Below the pieces are notes generated by a model, which was not told the DNA's origin, made no database searches, and saw only the letters and a list, made by a program, of their open reading frames with translations. Shown here piece by piece: positions 12,609 through 22,829 of a stretch of 64,000 bases of DNA. Every line of letters begins with the position of its first letter. The first letter of the stretch is position 1. The position numbers and the translations under genes were made by a program. The stretch comes from Tubiluchus corallicola (taxonomy: Eukaryota; Animalia; Priapulida), in assembly GCA_030141605.1 (NCBI GenBank), contig JAQGDQ010000057.1, forward strand, positions 434,001 to 498,000, written 5' to 3'.

Positions 12609-14227
12609 CACATGCACAGTTTAATATGATTCACAAGACCATAAAATATAATCACTACCAAACAGCTACTAAATTTTAATACTGTGTGCTACAAAATGGC
12701 AGATTAATTATAATCAATAAAAAGTACAGCTGAAGTTTTTGTCCCTCTTCGAATAACCTCACTGCCTTGTTAATCATCACCTCTCTTAGCCTTTCTTTTT
12801 TTCGTAGTACTGTATTAACTTCATCAATTGAAGGCTCTAACACAAGGCTGTGCTCTCAGCTTTATGAATGTCATACAAGTATGAAACTTCAACCTGTACA
12901 AAAAACTATTCAGAGCAGTAATAACATGAGTTCGAAAAATCGCCAAGGGGTGCCACACTCTACAACACACTCAACACGTGGTGGAGTACCTTAATCTAGT
13001 TTAGATCGAGGTAAAGCACTTCTGAACATAATGAGAGTGCTACCTAGACCATTGATTCTGGTAGGTGTTTCCTTTCCCTTGCAGTACATGAGAAAAAAAG
13101 AATGAAGGTGATAATCTCAAGTTAAATACAGCATGTTATATGCGAATGAATTATCCGTGTGTGAAGGAATACTGTGACGTTTGATTGGAAAGACATATCA
13201 ACAGCTACCAGATGGTTGTGGATTTTATAGAACATTAGTAGCCATGATGCATCATCTACTCATTTTGCCATCCACTCATCTAGTGGACACCACTTTTTTC
13301 TTCAAAGGTAAGAATCTGTGATCAGTATGCACACTACTAGTATTCTTACCAACAGAATATGCTCTATTCCCAAGTCGCATTATTGATCCATGGCATGCTG
13401 GCTTATGTCTTGGCAGTTTTGTGTGGAAGGAAAGTATTAATATCTTCATGCAACTTCGTTTTTGAGAAGGTTCCACAATTCATCAGCCATATATAATTTT
13501 ATATATTGTTGCGATATCGCATATGTTAACTGATACCCCTTTAATAAATTGTCAAAAAATATCCCAGTTGGACTTTATGATATAGCGACTCTGATGCATA
13601 GTTTATTTCCCTCTTGTTGGTTACTGCTGAGTTCCATGTAAGCTACATCATGATCTGATATATACCAAACAGTGTATAAGTCCTTGAAATTTGGTTCTAT
13701 CAATTAGTGACAATAAAATCAAGAATGTTATCGTGACAAGTAGCGATATTCATTATTTGTCTCCACTATTTATGTTACTGCTCCCACTTATCCCACTATA
13801 TCTAGTTTTCTTAATCTATCCCAATTCAGCTTATATTCAACTTCACTTGCACCTAATAAAATCTTCTCTTTTAAATTTCTTTATTTGCTTTTCTACTTTT
13901 CTATTTCCTGTTATCCACTAGGTAACTATAGCTTAGATTACTTTGAAATAGATTATAACTTTATTAAACCATATTGGTTACAGTTAACTATAGTCATCTT
14001 GATGCAAATCACTTAACTATTAAACTTGAGTAAATTCTGTTAAATTTAATGTTACTCTATCAACTGCTCACCAGTGCTGCAATCAATCCCTGTCATTCCC
14101 GGTGAACAAAGGCATGTGTAGTTATCAGGAGACATCAGTCCAACTACGCAAGTTGATCCAGAAGCACATGGATTGTCATCCTTCTTGCAGATATATGGAT
14201 CCCTTGGCAAAATTGGCTTGCCACCAC
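983..14227 (-). CDS. Multi-EGF + WAP single-pass membrane protein (14 EGF repeats, WAP domain, TM, short tail); at least 9 coding exons; signal-peptide exon(s) not resolved
   Basis: Nine exons with GT/AG boundaries, all phase 1, splice in frame: 14072-14227, 12385-12498, 9636-9755, 8625-8738, 6030-6149, 5771-5884, 5444-5560, 2578-2691, 983-2055. Each small exon encodes one 6-Cys EGF. Confidence 0.9.
1431..1800 (-). repeat. 111-bp coding tandem repeat (EGF units in terminal exon)
   Basis: ccacc(a/g)tt motif (plus strand) recurs at 1431, 1542, 1653, 1764, exactly 111 nt apart. Confidence 0.85.
2578..2691 (-). CDS. EGF exon (calcium-binding type) [38 protein letters not shown]
   Basis: 114 bp, ttttcag acceptor, gtatgg donor, 6-Cys EGF. 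Confidence 0.9.
4095..4400 (-). mobile_element. Decayed RTE-clade LINE 3' end
   Basis: Minus translation across frameshifts resembles RTE ORF C-terminus: VAL..GRKGRLETTWR.T..KE ... A.DREA*..IEALCATRH. Confidence 0.55.
5444..5560 (-). CDS. EGF exon [38 protein letters not shown]
   Basis: 117 bp, tttttag acceptor, gtatga donor; translated by hand (not in ORF track). Confidence 0.9.
5771..5884 (-). CDS. EGF exon [38 protein letters not shown]
   Basis: 114 bp, gttttag acceptor, gtaggt donor. Confidence 0.9.
6030..6149 (-). CDS. EGF exon FDKCINNYCFVDSTCITDFEYDTFKCICPRGVTGTFCEL
   Basis: 120 bp, tttcag acceptor, gtaggt donor. Confidence 0.88.
7415..7612 (+). mobile_element. Possible LINE 3' end with (GAT)n tail
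   Basis: Coding-like stretch ending in a gatgatgataatgatgatgatgatga tail; weak similarity to RTE-type ends. Confidence 0.3.
8625..8738 (-). CDS. EGF exon [38 protein letters not shown]
   Basis: 114 bp, tgtgcag acceptor, gtataa donor. Confidence 0.9.
9636..9755 (-). CDS. EGF exon [39 protein letters not shown]
   Basis: 120 bp, tttgcag acceptor, gtaacc donor. Confidence 0.9.
10858..11547. mobile_element. Tc1/mariner-superfamily (pogo/Tigger-like) MITE, 690 bp
   Basis: TA|CAGTTAACCTCGGATATAAG ... CCTATGTCCGAGGTTAACTG|TA: terminal inverted repeats, TA target-site duplication, internal GGATATAAGG subrepeats. Confidence 0.9.
12385..12498 (-). CDS. EGF exon [38 protein letters not shown]
   Basis: 114 bp, ctctacag acceptor, gtatgt donor. 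Confidence 0.9.
12575..12607. repeat. (TA)n microsatellite
   Basis: Direct observation. Confidence 0.95.
12925..13600 (-). mobile_element. CR1/L2-like LINE 3' fragment, same family as 21100-22160
   Basis: Reverse complement shares gtcacagtattccttc, aagggaa.ggaa, ctcgatctaaact...ttaaggtac and tgtggcacccc with 21905-22145. Confidence 0.7.
14072..14227 (-). CDS. EGF exon with N-terminal linker GGKPILPRDPYICKKDDNPCASGSTCVVGLMSPDNYTCLCSPGMTGIDCST
   Basis: 156 bp, ttttctttttgcag-type acceptor, gtgagc donor. Confidence 0.88.
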
Positions 14228-14679
14228 CTGCAAAAGAAAAGTAAATTCACATAAATGTAAATTGCTCTCCACCAAAATTTAATTAGAATTCCACTGACAA
14301 CTGATTTTAAAATTAGCATGTAAAGAATTATAGTATTAGTATTAGATTTAAATATCCAAATTAAGGAAATGTTTTTTTTATCTGGGAACTAGTGCAAACT
14401 GTGAACTATGAATATAATTATCTAAATTGTTTCACCTAAAAACAAAAGTAGATTCAATACTTCAAATATATTGGCTGTACACAGTGCAAGTAAATCATGT
14501 GCCTCATAACTAGCTGAACAACAGTCACAGTTGCAGAGAAAATGGTAAAAACAATTATTGTAGACTAATTGTGTTTTGTATCGTGCTAAAATAAAAGACT
14601 TGCATCAATGTGAAATGGATGAACAACTGCAACTCTTGCAAAAACTGACAAGTACCACATGTAATTTTAATCCTATAAT

Positions 14680-14708
14680 AATGATGATGATGATGATGAT
14701 GATGATGA
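14680..14708. repeat. (ATG)n microsatellite
   Basis: Direct observation. Confidence 0.9.
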
Positions 14709-17048
14709 CAATAATGCTGACAATAATAATAAACTTTGTTTAAATTCACTTTAAACTCAAAACAACACAAGCCATGAGGCTTTTGGCATGACCTGATCGC
14801 GGTATCGAACTTTCGACATCCCACATGGAAAGCAGACATGTCATCTATACACTGTACTATCTGGTAGATCTTACTTTTCTCTAACAAAATTAGACAAGCC
14901 CCTATGCAACAAATCAATCTTCTTAGTCAGAAAGGATTATAAAATTACAGAATGTAAATAAAGTCTGCATAATACTAAAAACAAGCCTACTGAAAAACTA
15001 GCTTAAAGGTTACAATAGTTGAAAATTTGTTCACGATTCTCTTGTATTGATGCAATTCGTCCTGCATATTATATATCCTCAAAACTTAATTCATGTCCTG
15101 GTTTAATAATAGGGAGCTTCCCTACAGTCACAGAATGCTTTTCGTGGTCAAGATGATCATAGACTAGAATTATTTGTACTCCAGACAGCATTCTACAATC
15201 ACAAGCTAACCATAGAATTTTTGTACAGTTTCTAAACAATTCCAAGCTGGAAATCATAGCACTAACACATGTACTTTAGTTTGTGATTGTGTGTTTTGTC
15301 TTGCCTCATTAGGCCTAAAAAATTTAAATCATTTAAATTTTTCAGAGAATTCATCTGTAGAGTCGAGGACATAAGCAAATTTAAACATACCTGGTATGAT
15401 TCTTCTCTCTGATATTAATGGGCTTATTTAGTTTAAGTCAGCTTCTGGGTCAATGCTTAATGTAAGCTGACTAGCCTATAATTGTATACCATATCCATAA
15501 AATAAGTGACAAATGTAAGATAAGATAAGAAAATATATTTATCTTATCTTATCTTATGTTTGTTTGTGATGGTCCCCCATCTAGCAGATTACTGCTACTA
15601 ATTATTTTTCACTTTAAGTATTAACCTAAACGGTATCACGAATTGTTTACCTAACGATTGATAATATTGATGTATTGATTTTAATGTTCCAATCTTGTGC
15701 TGCCATCTTTAGTCAAGAGTAGCATTATTTTTGACGAAGTTATCCATTAAATGAAGCCATTTTCTGTTAAGCTACCTTAAATATGTAATTAGGCACAAGA
15801 AGATGAAATTCGTTTCGTTTCAACATCACTTGTATTTTTCAAGCGAAAATACATTTAGCAACAATTTTTTTCATGATAATACTATGCCCGTCTTTGAACA
15901 AATGTGAAAGCTTCGTCACTGTACTACTGAGGTCACTTCACCCAGAACTCCTTTCTGATTGGTCGGCTAGCTTATTGGCCTACGTGGCAGAGAGTAAAAT
16001 GGCCGTGTGGAAAAATGGTCAGATATAACTATATCATGGTTTCTTTCATACGATGATTGAACGAGAATGGATGGTTTGTTCATTATTATGTTCTTATTCG
16101 TTGGTGAACGATGTTCTTCTTTTGCTGGTGAAACTCCGTCAGTTACACAATTACTGAGAGACGTTTGTTAAATTAGACATTCATTACATAGCCTAATTAC
16201 CTTTACGTTGGATGAAGATACTGTCACCTTTGACTTCACGTTCGATGGTCTAAATCGCTTCCGTTCTGCGTGGGAACTCGGAGGAGATGGCCTTCTTATT
16301 ATCCGATCTCCAGAGACTCTATTCTGTGTCCTGCCAGTTTGATGGAAAGCTGTGGAGATTTCCTGGAAAAGGCTACCTGCTGCTTACGAAGTAGACTGAC
16401 AGAGACGCTAACTTAGCCAACTTCCATTGGAGACCGAATTCTGCTGCATTACTACAACGTGCGTGAGGAAGGACCGGTCCTACCCAAGTACTGGAGAAGA
16501 CCTCGCCTTGTAAACTACTATTTTGTTAATGTTGTTTGCTGAAAGACTGTTTTTTTATAATGTCCTGTACAATGTTCGCTCTGTAAATTGAAATAATAAT
16601 CCTGACACTTATCTATAAAAGCAAAAATAATTTGCAAATGTGTTTTATTGTCACAGGATGTTACATTGTTCAACAGGTTATGGATTCTACACCACACCAT
16701 TAACATCTAAGCCTACACGTTATGTCGGGAAATTCACATACTTGACCGGAGAGCTTGACAATTTTTTACTAGATGGCTTGAATGACTTAGCATTGGACAC
16801 ACAACCTCCCTCACTATTTCTTTTTTTTGTGAACTGAAAACAGACTGTTAACCTTTAAGCATACCTCCATGTACAAATGGCTTATGCTTCACACCCAACT
16901 TCACAATATTCACCATTAAGAAAACAGCAAACCATAGTTGCATTTGCACGGCTAACATCACTGTTTACCTATACCATGAAAAACAAACAAAAAAGAGAGC
17001 ATTATTTTCATAAAAAAAGAGTGGGTAAGAGTAATGATTAACTATATA

Positions 17049-17343
17049 CAGGGTGTCGATAAAGTCTCTTCACAATTTAAAAAATATAATACAAAAGTGG
17101 TTGTCAAAGTTTTTAATCACATTGTGCATGTGTATTTCAGGTATCCTGTTGATAAAATAGGTACTAGTGTTAAATGAACCCTTAAAAATGTCTACTCCTC
17201 AAGGTAAGGTACAATGAGTGTTATTGTTTATTGAAACAAAATCGGATACGCAGACTCAGAGAAACTACAGAACTAAGTATGGAAGAGATCTATCGTCACG
17301 TCAGTCAATTCGTACATGGCACAAGAAATTTATGGAGACATGA
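17049..17343 (+). mobile_element. Mariner-like transposon left end with decayed transposase N-terminus (DUF4817-type HTH)
   Basis: TA|CAGGGTGTC terminus; from 17188 MSTPQGKVQ*VLLFIETKSDTQTQRNYRTKYGRDLSSRQSIRTWHKKFMET, with an internal stop. Confidence 0.8.
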
Positions 17344-17554
17344 ACTTTTAATAGATATCCGGTAGGCGGTATTGCATGGTTAAGCAAGTGAATAGGTACA
17401 ATTAAAAAATCCATTCAGAATATAGCACCAAAAATTTAGGCTAACATTTACATGGTAACCATCCATGTAAATTAAAGCTGCCAATTTCAAGAAACAGGTA
17501 AATGTTCAATAATGAAAATATGACAGTTATTTCCCAAAACGAAACGCGACGTAC

Positions 17555-17950
17555 CTTTAAAGAACGCAATAGCCAATAGCAAGTTGTTCAATGACCTGGA
17601 CGCAAAAAGGCTTGCAATATAGTACTAACGGAAAGGAAGCAAAGTCTTGCTGTAACTTAAAAAGGAAGTCCAAGCTAACATTCAGTTACTAATAGTTTGA
17701 GGTGCGTTAGAATTACGTTTCTGGTGAAAACAGTTCTTCAGCATCTCATGCAGCAACTGCAGAAGACGGCAGCGTAACCACATAATCCACATAAACGCAA
17801 AACTGCACATGTCGCCAACTTTCTCTGGCGGAATCACACTTCAGACTAAGTTTATTTTCTCGTTTCATAAAATCAGTCACCGTCTAGTTTGGTTATTTTT
17901 TCGCGCTAACAATTTTTTAATAAATATGAAACTCCGCGAGTAGGGTTTCA
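17555..17950 (-). promoter_or_regulatory. Probable promoter/5' exon region of the EGF-WAP gene
   Basis: Locally CpG-rich in a CpG-poor background; donor AAAG|gtacgt at 17555 in phase 1 after hydrophobic LLLAIAFFK; an in-frame ATG could not be linked. Confidence 0.35.
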
Positions 17951-18510
17951 ACTACTTCAACACTTTTGAGCATTCAGTTAGGTACTTCTATCTAACTTTT
18001 TCTTGTTGATAGTTAATTTTCTAAACTGAAGTAACAATTAAAGAGAATTTTATATTTAGAAACAAAAATTGCATTTCTATTTTCTACGGGTTTTACTTTG
18101 TTTTTCTTTCAGAAAATTTTTATTCTTTTCATTTTAGAACACGTGAATACACGTTTGAAACATCTCTTTAATGATTTTATAGTCTGCTAATAGTGGGCAT
18201 AATTATGTAGAAACTTAATTATTAAAATCTTAATATCTGGATTTAAGAGGAGTCTATATTGTTTAGTATGCTTCCTAATAACATCTTTCTGGTTCCATTA
18301 TCTGATTTTGACAAATTGTAATACCAATTTATATTAAAGTTGCCCATGCAAACATAACACGGGAATTCTCACCCAGTCCGGACACTTGTAAGGATTGACA
18401 GATTGAGAACTCTTTCTTGATTTAATGGATGGTGGTGCATGGCCTTTATAAGTTGGTTTTTATAGCCTCGCATATTTGACTCAAGCAATATATATATATA
18501 TATATATATA

Positions 18511-18574
18511 TAGCTCAGTGGTAGCGTGTTCGCTTCCCAACTGAAGAGGTTTGGGTTCAATTCCCGTTTGACCA
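18511..18574 (+). pseudogene. tRNA-derived SINE head or tRNA(Gly-like) pseudogene
   Basis: A-box TAGCTCAGTGGTAG, B-box GGTTCAATTCCC, CCC in the anticodon-loop position; 5' acceptor arm replaced by (TA)n, so not a functional tRNA. Confidence 0.65.
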
Positions 18575-18659
18575 GATTCTACAAATGATATAGAAAAGGT
18601 ACAGGCTTGTGGGTTTATTATCAACGTAACATAGGTGATAATAACTAAATCATTTATTG

Positions 18660-18750
18660 TTACTATTATTATTATCATCATCATCATCATCGTCACCCCC
18701 ACCATCATCATTGTTGTCGTTATCGTCGTCGTAGGTCATCATCATCGTTA
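18660..18750. repeat. (TAT)n/(CAT)n simple repeat
   Basis: Direct observation. Confidence 0.85.
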
Positions 18751-20399
18751 TTAATATATATAAGCTTTCATCATTTTTAAATACAAAGAACTTTATTGTG
18801 ATTCTAAAAATTACTTTTAAAAGTACTACAGTAGTCACTGCTTAATAGACTTACTTTGGGACCGACGTTTTGACCCAATTAACCGATGGGTATAATGTTA
18901 CAGATACAGAAGTAGTCATCAGCTTACTATGCACTGCAATGGTTTTTAATGAATTTTAGAAACGAACTAGTCCCTAAATTCCTTTGTGCAGTTAAAAATT
19001 AGAAAAAATATTTTAAAATGTTAATTATGTGTAGTTCCAACAAGAGCAAGTGACTGTTCTGCATATATTGGGTGAATTACATTACAGCTGTTTCTTAAGA
19101 AACTGTGTGTAGAGTGTTTATTATATAACACACTGATTGTCATCTTCAGTATGTGTGTAATGCATGGCACAGTGTTTTTGTACATCATTTGAACTTATTT
19201 TTTCATCAAATATAAATTGTTTTAAAGCACCCATTTATCAGGCCTGCACATTATATTGTGTTATTGCACATATAGATATGGAAACCCTATCACTCTATGT
19301 TGCCGTACGTCTTTCTGCAATGTCATACGGAAAAAAACATGACATTAACACTAATTTGGTGGAAAAGGCTACTGTACAGACAATCTTCTTGGCAGTCTTA
19401 TTTACAATGAAATCGGGACTTCAATTAGAGTTTAACTTGTGTACAGTTCCTTCTCATACATTCATTTTAAATTTATTGATTAAATGATGTATAGAGTGAG
19501 TGTCCTTTAACAATTTTGCAACAAATGACAAGATCAGCAGTACATCAACATGGTAAGACATTAGTGCATCTCCATCAAAGGCTAACCTCGCACTGTAACA
19601 TCTATTTGGAGTTTTCTCACATGCTTATTGCAGACTGTGTCATATATTGTGTCAAATCACATTATAGATGCAAATTCTGAAATAGGACAAAAACAACTTT
19701 GTACAGAGAAACTACAGCAATGGCAGATCTTAATATTGAACTTGCCTGAACTATTATGATGAATATGAACAGTCCACTTTAAGTCATTGAATACATACAT
19801 GCCTAGATCATCTGCAACAGAGTTCTCTTCAATGACTCCATGAGTGATCATTACCATGAATACAACTATGGTATGTGATATTTGTATTTCGATCACACGT
19901 AATAAGCAACTTTTATTTTTCTTAAGTTGCGTCAACCATTCATTGCACCATTAAACGTATTCATTTTCATAGAGGTTATTTGTAAAATACATTATTTGAA
20001 GTCACCCTGTGTGGGTGATAGGGGTAAGATTATCAAGAAATAAAGGAATGTCTGTACCTGATTAAGATTATCAACAAGTAAAAGGACATACAGTTAATAA
20101 AATCATTTTTTTGGTTATAAAAATAAGAAACCATTAGCCTAGCTAGCTACAAAGTATCAGTACCAAATAAAGACGAATCATCAAAAAATTAATCCAGTCA
20201 TTAAATTTTTAGCAGAAATGTAAATTAGTAGCAACAGAATGATTAATTTTAGTAAAATAGTCATTTTTTTTTAAAATTCACCCAGAATCGACAAAGGTTC
20301 CAGCCAAAATTCACTTGTAATGTTAAAAATATTATACATTCCATTCCCATGTCTGTGTTGTTTTATTCAGCAGGTATTTATATGCAGCTGGATATGCAA

Positions 20400-20900
20400 A
20401 ACAAAACGCAATTTGGCCACCGGTACCGGTATTTTCACTATTTTCGTAAACTGATCTTCCACAGGGCTCCCGCACATTGTGGAGATGATAGTGAAAGAAC
20501 CAAGTTTTTTACTTTTAACTATGCTTGCTTGTTCGTGCGCGAAAATGCGCGAATTATGAAAACAAGCGTATCACGTGAAAATACCCTGAAATGGTACGAA
20601 GGCAAGCTGAATTAGTTTATATACGTGCTTATCAGCAAATTTATGTTATTTTTCAACAAAGCATTTGCAATTTAATTAACGAAATTAATGCCGGTAGCTC
20701 GCTGATTTGTCGGCATCTATGCTTGCTGAAGTATTTACGGAACACCTTTCTGAGTTGAGAATAGGTTTACTTGGCACACAGAATCACTACGCCTAAATCT
20801 GATGTAAGTCTAACCACAGTAACAACTCGTGGCGAGGGTTTGATAGGGAGCCAAATTCCGTATCTATATTCGCCTGCGTCATAGATATTCAGATATTAAG
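20400..20900 (+). promoter_or_regulatory. Probable promoter/first-exon region of the Ig receptor gene
   Basis: CpG-rich patch; contains ATG-initiated signal-peptide-like MIVKEPSFLLLTMLACSCA at ~20485, but no strong phase-1 donor. Confidence 0.35.
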
Positions 20901-21099
20901 TGTACCTCATTCGTGAACTATTTTTTTTAAAACTAATACTATAGTATTATTAGTAATAATACAGTATGCCATCCGGCTCACCCTTGGCATAACTAATTAA
21001 TATAAACATAACAATGCCTTAAGTCTGTCGAAACTAACTAAAATACATTAACGTAAAGCCTTGTAAAAGCTAGCTGAAATATGCGGCTAGGCTTCCAAC

Positions 21100-22160
21100 G
21101 AGACCTTTCTGTACTCGATTTCTTCAAGGCATTCTGGTGAGCCATGGGTGTTTAATGGAGAAACTGCACTCGTTTGGTGTTGGTGGCAAGTTGAGCACCT
21201 TGATGCAGAACTTCCTTAGTGATTGAACTGATGGCGCATCTTCGACTAGAGCCACTAAATCTAGAGTTCCTCAAAGATCCGTACTCGGCTTATGCCTATT
21301 CCTGTTTTATATGAATGACATCACTGAAGGTTTGTGGTCTGAAGTGTGCATCTTTGCTGATGACACCATGTCTTATTTAGTAGTAAAAAATGAACAAGGT
21401 GCTAGAATACTCCAAGAGGATCTAGACTTTCTTGTAGCTTGGTCACACAAATGGAAGGTAAAATTTCATCCTGACAAGTACGAGTTCATCAGTATAACAA
21501 GTAAAAGGAACCCAGTAAGATATCAATATTTGCTCCATGGAGATTTGGTAAAGCATGTGGACTCAGTCAAGTACCTTGGTATCAATATCTCACGCGAACT
21601 AATCACGAAGATCGGATTGTATCTAAAGCTAACTCTACTCTGGACTTTGTATGTCAAGAAAGAAAGAATTGCCATACATGAGTCTTGTGCACCAAATGCT
21701 TGAGTATAACCAGACTTTATGGAATTTGTACACTGTCATTTTGGTGAAAAAGATGGAATCGGTTCATAGGAGAAATGAACCATTATACGAGAACATTAGG
21801 TGTGACTGCCATGATGACTCAGTTCAACTGGTGTCTACTTACTTGAATGACTCAGGACATGGCTAGGCTCGTAACATTCTGCTGTCGAAATGCTTCTTCA
21901 GTCAAAATGTCACACTATTCCTTCGTGTAAGGAAAATTCATAACTTTGTGTATAATACAATATGCTACTTGCAATTATCGCCTTCATACTTAATTCCCAC
22001 TTACAGTAAGGGAATGGAACCATTTATCAGAATCAACAGTCCAGTTTGACACTGTTATTCTGTTCAGGAGTGCCATACACTCGATCTAAACTGCATTAAG
22101 GTACCAGACCACATGTATAATATGGTGTAGGCTGTGGCACCCCTACCTTGTCGAGCTTAG
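21100..22160 (+). mobile_element. Decayed CR1/L2-like non-LTR retrotransposon (RT domain and 3' end)
   Basis: SRVPQRSVLGLCLFLFYMNDI...IFADDT...W.VKFHPDK...VKYLGINIS, later TVREWNHL; frameshifted. Confidence 0.88.
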
Positions 22161-22369
22161 GAATTCTTCTTTCTTTTTCTTACTGCACCATGGTAAATAC
22201 TTTCTGTACTGCATGAAATTTTGTGCTAGCACGACATTCACAATGCTGAGAACTTAGCCATGTGTTAGCTTAAATTTTGTTAACACATTACCAAGAAGAA
22301 GAAGAAGATTAAATGTACTAGTACAAGTTTGTACATTGATGAGGCACACAGATATACATCAATGAAGTG

Positions 22370-22829
22370 CCGTATTTTCCCGTGTATAAGAGACCCTTTT
22401 TTGCTCAGAATTTTCACTTTAAAAATAGGGGGTCTCTTATACATGGGAGTAAGTCTTTTCAATAAGATGCATAAATTGTGACACTAATGATTTTAAAGAA
22501 ATAAGTGCTCTACAAGTGCCTCAAGGCATGGAATGGTGTAAAGCCAGAGGTCATTATTAAATCTTTCAAGAAGTGTGGCATCTCCAATGCCATGGACGGC
22601 ACAGAGGACAATGCCATTTTTGAGCAGAGTGACTCCTCTGATGATGAACTGGCTGGAATTGCTGAAGGTCTGACTCCAGTTGATATTTTTGATGAGAGTG
22701 ATGAGGAATTTATTGATTTCTATGATGAATAAAGTTATTCATTACCAAAAAACTTTTTTCCAGAATTTTTGCCTAAAAATTGAAGGGGTCTCTTATACAC
22801 AAGGGTCTCTTATACACGGGAAAATACGG
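22370..22829 (+). mobile_element. pogo/Tc2-type non-autonomous DNA transposon carrying the transposase C-terminus
   Basis: TIRs CCGTATTTTCCCGTGTATAAGAGACCC / GGGTCTCTTATACACGGGAAAATACGG|TA; internal KAW..V....I.KSFKKCGISNAMDGTED plus acidic tail. Confidence 0.92.

Noticed and set aside
983-14227. Calling the EGF gene Notch, Delta/Serrate, Crumbs or fibropellin
   Set aside because: No LNR/ankyrin, DSL, laminin-G, CUB or avidin domain seen, and the tail is ~12 aa ending RPVL.
14875-14921. Candidate signal-peptide exon LICCIGACLILLEK with gtaaga donor
   Set aside because: No in-frame ATG (stop just upstream) and it could not be joined in phase to the 17555 donor; left unresolved.
17717-17810. 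ATG-initiated MCSFAFMWIMWLRCRLLQ... as coding exon 1 of the EGF gene
   Set aside because: Splicing to the next small exon gives a stop; direct splicing to 14227 is phase-compatible but unsupported and the peptide is a poor signal sequence.
18511-18574. Functional tRNA-Gly gene
   Set aside because: Acceptor stem absent and anticodon stem mismatched.
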